DNA from: a bacterium
GTDB lineage: Bacteria; Hinthialibacterota; Hinthialibacteria; Hinthialibacterales; Hinthialibacteraceae
Length of the DNA: 64,000 bases
Assembly: GCA_963662285.2 (NCBI GenBank)
Contig: CAXXMV010000003.1
Coordinates: 224,001-288,000, forward strand
Reading direction: 5' to 3'
Below the pieces are notes generated by a model. That model made no database searches. It was not told the DNA's origin and was given only the letters and a program-made list of their open reading frames with translations. The position numbers and the translations under genes are program-made. Positions 55,920-64,000 of the stretch are shown here, piece after piece (position 1 is the stretch's first letter; each line of letters opens with the position of its first letter).

Positions 55920-58709
55920 TTATGGAATATTATATTTAGCAATTAGGCGTAGATTGTTGATTCCTGCTTGAGCAAGGTTCGGGTAGAGATTCAGATTTTT
56001 CAGATCCGGGGAGATGGCTGATAAGGAATATCTTTCATTATGTTTCATTCCCCAAAACCAAAAATAGCCGTGTTGGTCTGTCTTACCTATGCTAATGATT
56101 TGATTCGCCTTGTTTTTCACAGTTATTTGAACGCCGGGTAGAGGCGCTTGATCTTCTTGAATAAGTTGTCCTGACATGTTGGTTGCAGGAACCAATATTA
56201 AATCCTTTTCCACTACTTTATGAATTGACGAGATAGCTAAGGTGTAATTCAAATCACAGAATTCAGTTGTGGACCGTTTTCCCATGTGAGGAGTATCGAT
56301 TACATGAATTCCCGGTTTTACTGAAATTGTTACTCTTCCCGGTTCGAGATTGGTGATTTGGTATTCACCGTGATCGAGTATTTGAGTTGGAACAGATTCA
56401 TTATTCTGCATTGCCTGGAGTTGGATGCCATCGAGTTTTGTATAATCCTCACAAATGATTTTCCCTTTGATCATATAATCATTAGTTGATTCACGGATAA
56501 TGATGTTTACGTTATCCAGTTTTTCACCATTTTTGAATGAGATAGTCTCAATGCCCTTGGCGGTATACTTTGATTTTTTTAGAACAAACGGATTCAACAT
56601 AGAAAGATTATCATTCTCAGAGGTTTCGTTGATCATTGCTGTGATTCTGGCTGTGTAAGCAATTTTAGCGGAATTGGCGTATAGAGAGATTTTATAATGG
56701 CCTTGGGCGTCAGATAAAACCGGATTCTCTATAAACCGTACGTTTTTACATGCAATCCTCACTACTGAATTTTCTATTGGACTGTTATTCAAGCTGACAA
56801 TGCCGGAAATGGTTACCGGATTTCTATATACGACCGAATATTGCAGATTAACGATATCTGCGTCACGCACTTCCACTTTCATTTCATCCAAGGGGATAGA
56901 CCGGAAAATTTGATTATCTTGATCACCAATCATGCCGCCAGCAATTGTATGGCTGGGGATTTGACTAATAGTTCTTGAACTTGAAGAACTATGACCAAAC
57001 CGGCTTTGCGCAACAGAAGTGATAACAGGCGTTGGTTTGGGTATTGGTATCTTAACATTGGGCGCGGGGATTACGCCGCAATCGTTTTCGTTGTCAATAA
57101 TGGGAATAAGAATGTATTCACCAGATGGAACGTTTCGGAAAACAAAGGCGCCTTGAGAATCTGATTTGGCAACGCTATGCTCGCCCATCCGGTCAGAGGT
57201 TCTAAACAATTGTAAGTTAAAACCTTCGATTAGATCATGCGTTTTAATCTCTTTAACTTTTCCCGAAATTGTATATCCAGATGATTTGAAAAGCGCTAAT
57301 AACTGGCGCCTGGGTTCGTTGATTAAGATATCATTTCGATAAATATCCTCTTCACGGGCATCTGGCGGTTTAACCTCTAAAAGATATTGCCCGAAAGGAA
57401 CGTATTCAAAAGTTATTTTGCCGAATTCATCTGTTTTACCCGATTGTATATTCGATTCCAGGTTTGGTTGCTTAGGAAACAGCCGCACTGCGGCGTTTTT
57501 AATACCTGCGAACTGAAAAGGAAGTCCTGCCAGCCTTGCTCTTATAGTAACGTTGCTAAACCAACGTGAGAGGTAGATTTTTTCACCTCCCTTGGCGGGA
57601 TGAAGAAATGCAATGGTTGAACTAACTTCATCACCGATGGCTTGAGCGAAATATGATCCCGCTGGAAGGTTTTCGAAGAGGCACGAACCATCAGCGCCGG
57701 TTTCACGTTCTTGATATACCTCACCGATGGGATACTCATGTAATTTCGGCAAGTGAACAAAGAGATGTTGATTTTCTCTTTGGATGTCTAAAAAATCGTG
57801 CTCTTCGGTTGATCCAGTTGGATTTGAATAATAGGCCAACAATGCATCGTAGATACGCAACCGCGCCGAATTACAGTTGGTTTGTTTTTGGATAAATGAC
57901 ATCGGATTATCAAGCAACGGGGCGCTTTCATCCCACATAAGGCCGGAAATTCCGATAATCTGATCGTTGGTGAATAAATCACTCCACCCGCTGCTATAAA
58001 CAGGATGAAATGATTGCGGTCCATAGGGAGCGTGGTTTACTTGGATGCGATTTCCATCGAATCGCAGATTTCCCTGCAATGATACATCACCCCGTGCTAT
58101 GTAGGAAAGATTAAAACTATCCGGCAAAGGGCGAATGACTCCAGTACCTTTGCGCAATACCACTCGAACGTTAGGAGCGGGCGTTTTGAATTCCTTATCC
58201 CAATAGACTTGAATCTTGAATTTAGACTGGTATTCCAGGCATATTCTAATAGCTGTATCATTATTGGGATCAATTGGCGCATCCGCTTTTTGGTAGCCGT
58301 CGCTTACGACTGATGCCTGAACGATGCCAGGGGGAATACCGGGAACTGTTAGAGAGCCGTTTTGAAATGAGTAATGCTTCGTACCTAATATAACTACTCC
58401 AGAATCAATCGGTTGGTTCAATGCATCGACAATTTCAAAGGTTAGGGGGCGTGAATTTTCCGGAGTAATTCCTGATTTTTCGATTGGCGCTGCTTTTGTG
58501 GGAATCGGAGAAGGGATGGCAGCAATCTTCTCGTCGGGTGTGGTAAATACAGCGTTTTTTTGCTCTTTGGATTTCAAAAGAAGGGAAGAGTCAACAGGAG
58601 GATTGGAGCGATATTCCTGTCGCTGATCCAGAGTCATCATGCAGAACAGAACAATTCCAATTGTAATAATCACAACACAGATGCAAGTGAATTTGATGGA
58701 CCGGTTCAT
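55920..58709 (-). CDS. Large membrane-anchored protein with repeated carboxypeptidase-regulatory-like (CnaB/prealbumin-fold) domains
   Basis: Repeats TGADG.C.F.NLPAGSY, TDEFG...VPFGQY, SDSQG.F.F.NVPSGEY, SDAQGHY, TDQHGYF. Confidence 0.75.
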   Translation of the reverse strand: MNRSIKFTCICVVIITIGIVLFCMMTLDQRQEYRSNPPVDSSLLLKSKEQKNAVFTTPDEKIAAIPSPIPTKAAPIEKSGITPENSRPLTFEIVDALNQPIDSGVVILGTKHYSFQNGSLTVPGIPPGIVQASVVSDGYQKADAPIDPNNDTAIRICLEYQSKFKIQVYWDKEFKTPAPNVRVVLRKGTGVIRPLPDSFNLSYIARGDVSLQGNLRFDGNRIQVNHAPYGPQSFHPVYSSGWSDLFTNDQIIGISGLMWDESAPLLDNPMSFIQKQTNCNSARLRIYDALLAYYSNPTGSTEEHDFLDIQRENQHLFVHLPKLHEYPIGEVYQERETGADGSCLFENLPAGSYFAQAIGDEVSSTIAFLHPAKGGEKIYLSRWFSNVTIRARLAGLPFQFAGIKNAAVRLFPKQPNLESNIQSGKTDEFGKITFEYVPFGQYLLEVKPPDAREEDIYRNDILINEPRRQLLALFKSSGYTISGKVKEIKTHDLIEGFNLQLFRTSDRMGEHSVAKSDSQGAFVFRNVPSGEYILIPIIDNENDCGVIPAPNVKIPIPKPTPVITSVAQSRFGHSSSSSRTISQIPSHTIAGGMIGDQDNQIFRSIPLDEMKVEVRDADIVNLQYSVVYRNPVTISGIVSLNNSPIENSVVRIACKNVRFIENPVLSDAQGHYKISLYANSAKIAYTARITAMINETSENDNLSMLNPFVLKKSKYTAKGIETISFKNGEKLDNVNIIIRESTNDYMIKGKIICEDYTKLDGIQLQAMQNNESVPTQILDHGEYQITNLEPGRVTISVKPGIHVIDTPHMGKRSTTEFCDLNYTLAISSIHKVVEKDLILVPATNMSGQLIQEDQAPLPGVQITVKNKANQIISIGKTDQHGYFWFWGMKHNERYSLSAISPDLKNLNLYPNLAQAGINNLRLIAKYNIP

Positions 58710-58915
58710 TCAATGCTCCTTATGTATAAGATAAACAAAGAATCATTATTTGTATAATATAACGAATAAAAGATAAAGTCAGAATATAGTGATAAATGTA
58801 TTAATGAATATACAATATATTTTTAAACACACTTTTAGTGCGTTGAAATATTTTAACAGTTCAAACACAAACTTAGCGCTTTTGAAACGCTGGATTTATT
58901 TAAGAATCTTAATGC

Positions 58916-59284
58916 TTATACAGATTTCTTTTTGCGCCAGAACGATCCTAATTGTTTCCGGCTTTTGTTTTGAGCCATTAATGACGAATTGGCTTTATCG
59001 TTTGGGATATTATTAAAACTGGATTGATTGTTGTTTACCGGATTTCGGGTGTTTTGGTTTTCTTTCTGGCTGGAATTTTGTTTTTCTAAGGCTTGGAGAT
59101 ATTTATTGACTATTTGGTTTTGGATTCTGGATGCTGTACAGAATAAACGGAATAGTGCGTTGGATTCGGGTGAGTCTGGATCATAACGCTTTTTTAGATT
59201 CTCTGAAATCTTAATGATGCAATGGCAGAAAGTATCAATGACATCTTCGTTGAATTTGGATATGGCTTCGGCTGTGATAGACAT
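58916..59284 (-). CDS. Hypothetical protein
   Basis: 122-aa ORF with AGGAGA RBS and an upstream sigma54-like promoter. Confidence 0.65.
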   Translation of the reverse strand: MSITAEAISKFNEDVIDTFCHCIIKISENLKKRYDPDSPESNALFRLFCTASRIQNQIVNKYLQALEKQNSSQKENQNTRNPVNNNQSSFNNIPNDKANSSLMAQNKSRKQLGSFWRKKKSV

Positions 59285-59333
59285 TGGGGTTCTCCTGTTT
59301 ATAGTTTTTGTTATTGCATTGAAACGTAATATG

Positions 59334-59348
59334 GCAAGATGTATGCCA
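59334..59348 (-). promoter_or_regulatory. Sigma54 (-24/-12) promoter
   Basis: Minus strand TGGCATACATCTTGC fits TGGCAY-N5-TTGC, 50 nt upstream of ATG 59284. Confidence 0.65.
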
Positions 59349-59532
59349 ATTCGAGGATTTTTGTTTTGAAATAAGTGATTTTAGATGACTGCCATTTCAT
59401 GGATGAAACTGTACTGATAATATAAGTAATAATAATTTGAGGGCGTTAGAGCGATTCTAAATATTAGGTGCATTAAAAGAAGGAACGTTAAAAAAATCCA
59501 GCGCTTTCATTGCTCATATAGTTTTGTGAACC

Positions 59533-59548
59533 GCGATAACGTTATCGC
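59533..59548. promoter_or_regulatory. Perfect 16-bp palindrome; LacI/GalR-type operator candidate
   Basis: GCGATAACGTTATCGC (central AACGTT), about 70 nt upstream of a sugar-catabolic gene. Confidence 0.6.
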
Positions 59549-59615
59549 TAGGGTTTACCAAGTACTATCGAAAATGCTATAACTATACATATTATTTTAC
59601 AGGAAATGAAAAGAG

Positions 59616-61490
59616 GTGAATAACATGCTTAAGCTGAGTGGATTTGGCGATGAAATAGCTGAAGATTTTGAGGAGCAGTTGCGTGAGATGAGAAAGATGA
59701 ACCTCAATCACATAGCCCTGCGGAATCTTTGGGGAGTGAATGTAATTGATCTAAGCCCTGCGCAGAAGAAACGCGCCCGCGACCTGTTGCGTCAATACGG
59801 CATGGGGATATCAGAGATTGGTTCTCCACTTGGCAAAGTATCTATTAACAGCTCGTGGAAGAAGGAATGGGCCAGATATGAAAGCGCTATTGAAAAAGCT
59901 CATTATTTTAATTGTCCCCGCATTCGTATATTCTCGTTCTATTTCCCCAAGGGAGAACCTAGCGAGAAATACCGCGATCAGGTTGTTAAACGCTTAAAAG
60001 AGATGGCAGATCGCGCTGAAGCAGAAGGCATCATGCTGCTTCATGAAAATGAAGCTAATATATACGGTGAGACCGGCATCCATTGCAAAGACTTAGCTGA
60101 AGCTGTTGATTCACCAAATTTCAAACTTATCTTCGATCCAGCCAATTATCTACACAGTGGAACCAAGGCTTTTTCGCAATGGTTCCAGATGCAAGCGGAT
60201 CATGTGGTTCATTTGCATATCAAAGACATCACTTTTGATAAAGTCTTTAAGCCCGCGGGGCAGGGCGATAGCGAGATTCCTGAATTGATCGCGGAATTGG
60301 TCAAACGGGGATTCTCCGGTTACGCCACTATGGAACCGCATTTGCTGCAAGGCGGACAGTTCTTCGGTTTTACCGGACCGAAAAAGTTCGTCGAGGCGAC
60401 TGAAGCCTTTAGAAAAGTGTGTGATGACGCGGGAATGCCGCACCGTGAAGTGCGCATGGGCGTGGTGGGCATGGGCTTTATCGGCATGTTCCATTGCGAC
60501 AGTATGCAGGAAGTCCCAGAAGCGCATCTGGTTGCGGTAGGCGACAGCGTTAAGGCGCCCAACCTCAAAAAGGCGCAGGATAAATTTAATGTCATGGCTT
60601 ATGACAAAGTCAATGACCTGCTCAAAAGAAAAGATATCGACGCCATAACCATTGGTACGCCCAGCGGAATGCATGAACCGATTACTTCGCGTGCGGCGAA
60701 ATCCAAGAAACATGTTTTAACAGAGAAGCCCATCGAAGTTTCCCTTGAAAAAGCCGACAAGATGATCAAGGCGTGCCGCGATAATAAGGTGAAACTGGGC
60801 GTAATATCGCAACGCCGTTGGGATCCCGGCATGAAGGAACTCAAGGAAGCGCTTGAGCAGAACAAGTTGGGCGAGCTGATCTTGGGCGAGGCCTATATCA
60901 AATGGTACCGCTCGCAGGAATATTATGACAGCGGCGGCTGGCGTGGAACCATGAAACTGGATGGCGGCGGTTGTTTGATGAACCAATCTGTCCATCAGGT
61001 AGACTGTCTGCAATGGCTCATGGGTGATGTAGTAGAGATATACGCCCAGACCGCATTGAAAGCGCACAAGCGCATTGAAGTCGAAGATGTGGCTCAGGCA
61101 CTGCTGAAATTCAAGAACGGCGCCCAGGGAACCATAATCTCATCAACAGCATGCTACCCCGGTTTTGAAGAACGCATCGAAGTTCACGGAACCAAGGGAA
61201 CTATGGAACTCTACAAAAACTTGATCCGCACCCGCGAAATCATGGGAGAGAAGAAAGTTGAAGCCAAAGAGACTGCTGACCGCGGTTCCGGCGCAGCTGA
61301 CGCTCAGGCCATTTCCAATGAAGGTCATGTGGCGCAGATCAAGGATTTCTGTCAGGCCATTATCGAAGACCGGGAACCATTGATAACTGGTGCAGAAGGC
61401 CGCAAGCCTTTGGAAATTATATTGGCGGTATATGAATCGGCTAAAACCAAGAAACCGGTTAAATTACCGTTGAAGGTTAAGAAGAGTTAA
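59616..61490 (+). CDS. Fusion: sugar phosphate isomerase/epimerase TIM barrel plus Gfo/Idh/MocA dehydrogenase
   Basis: SGFGDEI, GSPLGK, HENE, FDPANY, HIKD, MEPHL; then GVVGMGFIG, TEKP, GGGCLMNQSVH. Confidence 0.9.
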   Translation: MNNMLKLSGFGDEIAEDFEEQLREMRKMNLNHIALRNLWGVNVIDLSPAQKKRARDLLRQYGMGISEIGSPLGKVSINSSWKKEWARYESAIEKAHYFNCPRIRIFSFYFPKGEPSEKYRDQVVKRLKEMADRAEAEGIMLLHENEANIYGETGIHCKDLAEAVDSPNFKLIFDPANYLHSGTKAFSQWFQMQADHVVHLHIKDITFDKVFKPAGQGDSEIPELIAELVKRGFSGYATMEPHLLQGGQFFGFTGPKKFVEATEAFRKVCDDAGMPHREVRMGVVGMGFIGMFHCDSMQEVPEAHLVAVGDSVKAPNLKKAQDKFNVMAYDKVNDLLKRKDIDAITIGTPSGMHEPITSRAAKSKKHVLTEKPIEVSLEKADKMIKACRDNKVKLGVISQRRWDPGMKELKEALEQNKLGELILGEAYIKWYRSQEYYDSGGWRGTMKLDGGGCLMNQSVHQVDCLQWLMGDVVEIYAQTALKAHKRIEVEDVAQALLKFKNGAQGTIISSTACYPGFEERIEVHGTKGTMELYKNLIRTREIMGEKKVEAKETADRGSGAADAQAISNEGHVAQIKDFCQAIIEDREPLITGAEGRKPLEIILAVYESAKTKKPVKLPLKVKKS

Positions 61491-61507
61491 GAGTGATATT
61501 CCAATTA

Positions 61508-61542
61508 CCCCATACCCTAGCCCTCTCCCGCAGGAGAGGGGA
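61508..61542 (-). repeat. Family D palindromic repeat, inverted
   Basis: Minus strand TCCCCTCTCCTGCGGGAGAGGGCTAGGGTATGGGG. Confidence 0.87.
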
Positions 61543-61581
61543 CTTGGTGATTCTCGAATTTTGATTATCAATGTATAATTG

Positions 61582-61612
61582 GAGGCCGTCATTAGTGGCG
61601 GCCTCTTGTTTT
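61582..61612 (+). terminator. Intrinsic terminator
   Basis: GAGGCCGTCA-TTAG-TGGCGGCCTC then TTGTTTT. Confidence 0.75.
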
Positions 61613-61640
61613 ATTGATCATGACAGGTTATTTATATGAA

Positions 61641-61722
61641 ATTATCCCCCCAAGATTGGAGGGAGTTAGAGGGGGGTTGTCTTCAACCCCCTCCTAACCT
61701 CCCCCAGGCTTGGGGGAGGAAT
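61641..61722 (-). repeat. Family E double-hairpin repeat, inverted relative to 11511
   Basis: CCCCCCAAGATTGGAGGGAGTTAGAGGGGGGTTG...CAACCCCCTCCTAACCTCCCCCAGGCTTGGGGGAGG. Confidence 0.9.
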
Positions 61723-61791
61723 CATTTCCATAGGCTAACCTGTTATGATTAATATTTCGATTACCCAATATTGATATACATTTCTTATAAC

Positions 61792-62895
61792 ATGAATCAG
61801 TCTTACCGGATTTTGCATATAGATACTGATAAGACCTGGCGCGGGGGACAGCAGCAGGCGGCTTCGCTTATCAAGCATCTTTACACAATGGGGCATGAGA
61901 ATATTCTCGCCTCGCCGCCTGACAGCGAACTGCTGAGAAGAATCCCCGATGCAATGTGCGCCAAGGTTCCCTTATCGATGCATAATGAGTTGGACATCAT
62001 GGCGGCGTTTAAGTTATCAGGGATAATTAAAAGCCAGAAGCCGGATTTAATTCACGCCCATTCGGGCCGGGCGCATACTATAGGTTTGATGGCTCGCATG
62101 TTGTCCGTTAAATCGATTCCCCTGATAGTTTCCCGGCGGGTGGATTTCCCAATAAAAATGGGATTGTTTTCAAGGTGGAAATATAATAAAGCGGATTACT
62201 ATATCCCTATTTCTAAAAAAATCGCATCACGTCTGGTCGATTATGGCATCTCTTCTGATCGAATGAAGGTGATTTATAGCGGGGTGGAGCCTGACCGTTT
62301 CAGGAATGTGGATAAGGAACATTTACGAGAGGAATTCTCTCTTGATGCAGACAGTATTATTATTGGCAATATCGCCTATTGCGACGCCCCCAAGTGTCAA
62401 AGAGACATTATCCATGCTGCGCCTATTGTATTGCAGAAGATTCCTAATGCTCAGTTTTTTATTGTGGGCGACGGGCCATTGCGAGAGGAATTGATTGAGA
62501 TGGCCAATGAGTTGGGCGTTGCAGATCGTATCCATTTTCCCGGTTTTCAGAGTAATATTGGCGACTACTTGAAACTTATCGATATTTTTCTGATGGTTTC
62601 AGAGGATGAAGGTTTGGGATCATCAATCCTGGATGCGCAATATTTCGGCTTGCCTGTGATAGCAACTCCGGTAGGAGGCATCCCCGAAATTGTGATTGAT
62701 GGAGAAACCGGGATACTGACTCCTGTTAATGATTATCAAAAACTGGCGGATAACATAATTGATCTGGCCAATTCTTCATATAAGAGACAACAGATCGGGG
62801 AATTGAGTAGAAGGAAAGTTTTAGATAGTTATACTACTGAAATAATGGCTCAGAATATATTGCAGACTTATCATGATGTTATGAAAAATTTTTAG
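61792..62895 (+). CDS. Glycosyltransferase family 4
   Basis: WRGGQQQ, DLIHAH, SRRVDF, VGDGPLR, EGLGSSILDA, GGIPEIV. Confidence 0.9.
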   Translation: MNQSYRILHIDTDKTWRGGQQQAASLIKHLYTMGHENILASPPDSELLRRIPDAMCAKVPLSMHNELDIMAAFKLSGIIKSQKPDLIHAHSGRAHTIGLMARMLSVKSIPLIVSRRVDFPIKMGLFSRWKYNKADYYIPISKKIASRLVDYGISSDRMKVIYSGVEPDRFRNVDKEHLREEFSLDADSIIIGNIAYCDAPKCQRDIIHAAPIVLQKIPNAQFFIVGDGPLREELIEMANELGVADRIHFPGFQSNIGDYLKLIDIFLMVSEDEGLGSSILDAQYFGLPVIATPVGGIPEIVIDGETGILTPVNDYQKLADNIIDLANSSYKRQQIGELSRRKVLDSYTTEIMAQNILQTYHDVMKNF

Positions 62896-62912
62896 TTAGA
62901 AAAAATAGCACG

Positions 62913-63635
62913 ATGAATGATGATAACAACCTTAATCCCAAAGAACTGGCTATTCCCGGATTCCATGCATTTATGGAAAAGTTCATTATTGAGCAATTCG
63001 GTGAGAACTATAAAGGGAAAGTGCTTGATGCCGGCGCCGGGCAAGGCGCCTTCTCGCAACGCTTAAAGAATCATGGTTACAACATTGCGGCCTGCGATCT
63101 CGATGACGCCCATTTTAAGTTGAAAGATATCGAGTTTAAGCAAGCCAATATCGCTGAACGCATACCCTGGGATGATAACGAATTCGACTTGATGCTGGCG
63201 CTGGAATTGACCGAGCATGTCGATGGAGTGATGGGATTCTTTGAAGAAATAAACCGGGTTCTCAAGCCTGGTGGATTTTTAATATTCACTACGCCCAATA
63301 TATTGTCATTGAAATCAAGGATTCAGTTTTTGCTGAGCGGTTTTTTCTATTCATTCAAACCGATTTCTGAAACTGAAACAGACGCCGCCGCCGACCATAT
63401 TACTCCACTGACGCTTGATTTATACGATTACCGGCTGCGGCAATGCGGTTTAAGCATAAAAACGGTTTCTACTGATAAAATTCAGCGTTCATCAAAAGGA
63501 TGGCTGCTGCTTTATCCACTTATAAAACTTTATTCATTATTGAAATATAAAAATAATCCAGCGGTGCAGAGGCAGAATAGTATGAATTGTCTGCTGGGTC
63601 GGAAACTGATCGTCCTCGCTCAGAAAACGGAATAA
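62913..63635 (+). CDS. Class I SAM-dependent methyltransferase
   Basis: VLDAGAGQG, FD...ALELTEHV, RVLKPGG.LIFTTPN. Confidence 0.9.
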   Translation: MNDDNNLNPKELAIPGFHAFMEKFIIEQFGENYKGKVLDAGAGQGAFSQRLKNHGYNIAACDLDDAHFKLKDIEFKQANIAERIPWDDNEFDLMLALELTEHVDGVMGFFEEINRVLKPGGFLIFTTPNILSLKSRIQFLLSGFFYSFKPISETETDAAADHITPLTLDLYDYRLRQCGLSIKTVSTDKIQRSSKGWLLLYPLIKLYSLLKYKNNPAVQRQNSMNCLLGRKLIVLAQKTE

Positions 63636-63636
63636 T

Positions 63637-63999
63637 CTATTTCTCACCAACAACAATAATGGTCCTCGCCGAGAGCGTTCCTATACGATTGATGTGATCC
63701 AATAACTTTTTGTTATCTGCATAAAAATCGGGATATTTGGATGAAATCTTCAATCGGTATTTTTGATAAAATAACTGGATTAGAGGATAGAACAGACAAG
63801 ACAGAAATAATCCTGATTTCTTAAGTCTGTCATAGTGGATATCAATATCTTGAAATCCGGCCCGATAGAAGGCATAGCCCAGGTAGTAGAGTGATATGGG
63901 GTGGATATGTCCGCCCAGCATGGTTGGATCGTTGGTTCGCAAGGGCAGGATGTTGAATAATAATCCGAAGCCGCTGGTAAAAGCGCGAATACGCGAGTT
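63637..63999 (-). CDS. C-terminal part of a class I SAM methyltransferase (runs off the window edge)
   Basis: Frame open to the edge: NSRIRAFTSGF...GGHIHPISLYYL..GF, parallel to KSRIQFLLSGF...DHITPL in 62913-63635. Confidence 0.7.
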   Translation of the reverse strand, partial: NSRIRAFTSGFGLLFNILPLRTNDPTMLGGHIHPISLYYLGYAFYRAGFQDIDIHYDRLKKSGLFLSCLFYPLIQLFYQKYRLKISSKYPDFYADNKKLLDHINRIGTLSARTIIVVGEK

Positions 64000-64000
64000 G

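Overview
A 64-kb bacterial chromosomal window with about 55 genes. An orphan 'GFTLIELLIVVAIIGILAAIAVPNFLNAQ' prepilin-type protein, many Tat-exported enzymes and a short C-terminal motif suggest an uncultured PVC/Sumerlaeota-like lineage such as Ca. Hinthialibacterota; this is inference only. Core genes include a PAS hybrid kinase, cobA-hemD, a fused nfnAB, lolE/lolD, hemB, msrA, a glycosylation cluster and a secreted metzincin. Accessory content includes an ATPase plus orphan DNA methyltransferase pair, an intact IS481 element and two type II TA loci, one with a nonsense-broken ParE. The most unusual signal is non-coding. About 38 short palindromic repeats fall into five families, stack in a recurring order and often share an AAYCAC tail. 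They all point one way up to about 52.3 kb and then mostly flip, roughly where GC skew appears to change sign. The IS481 sits inside one of these palindromes (5-bp TSD) and carries a strongly base-paired 150-nt region after its transposase. The two genes next to it are each broken at a sequence resembling a known programmed-frameshift signal. No rRNA, tRNA or CRISPR array was seen.
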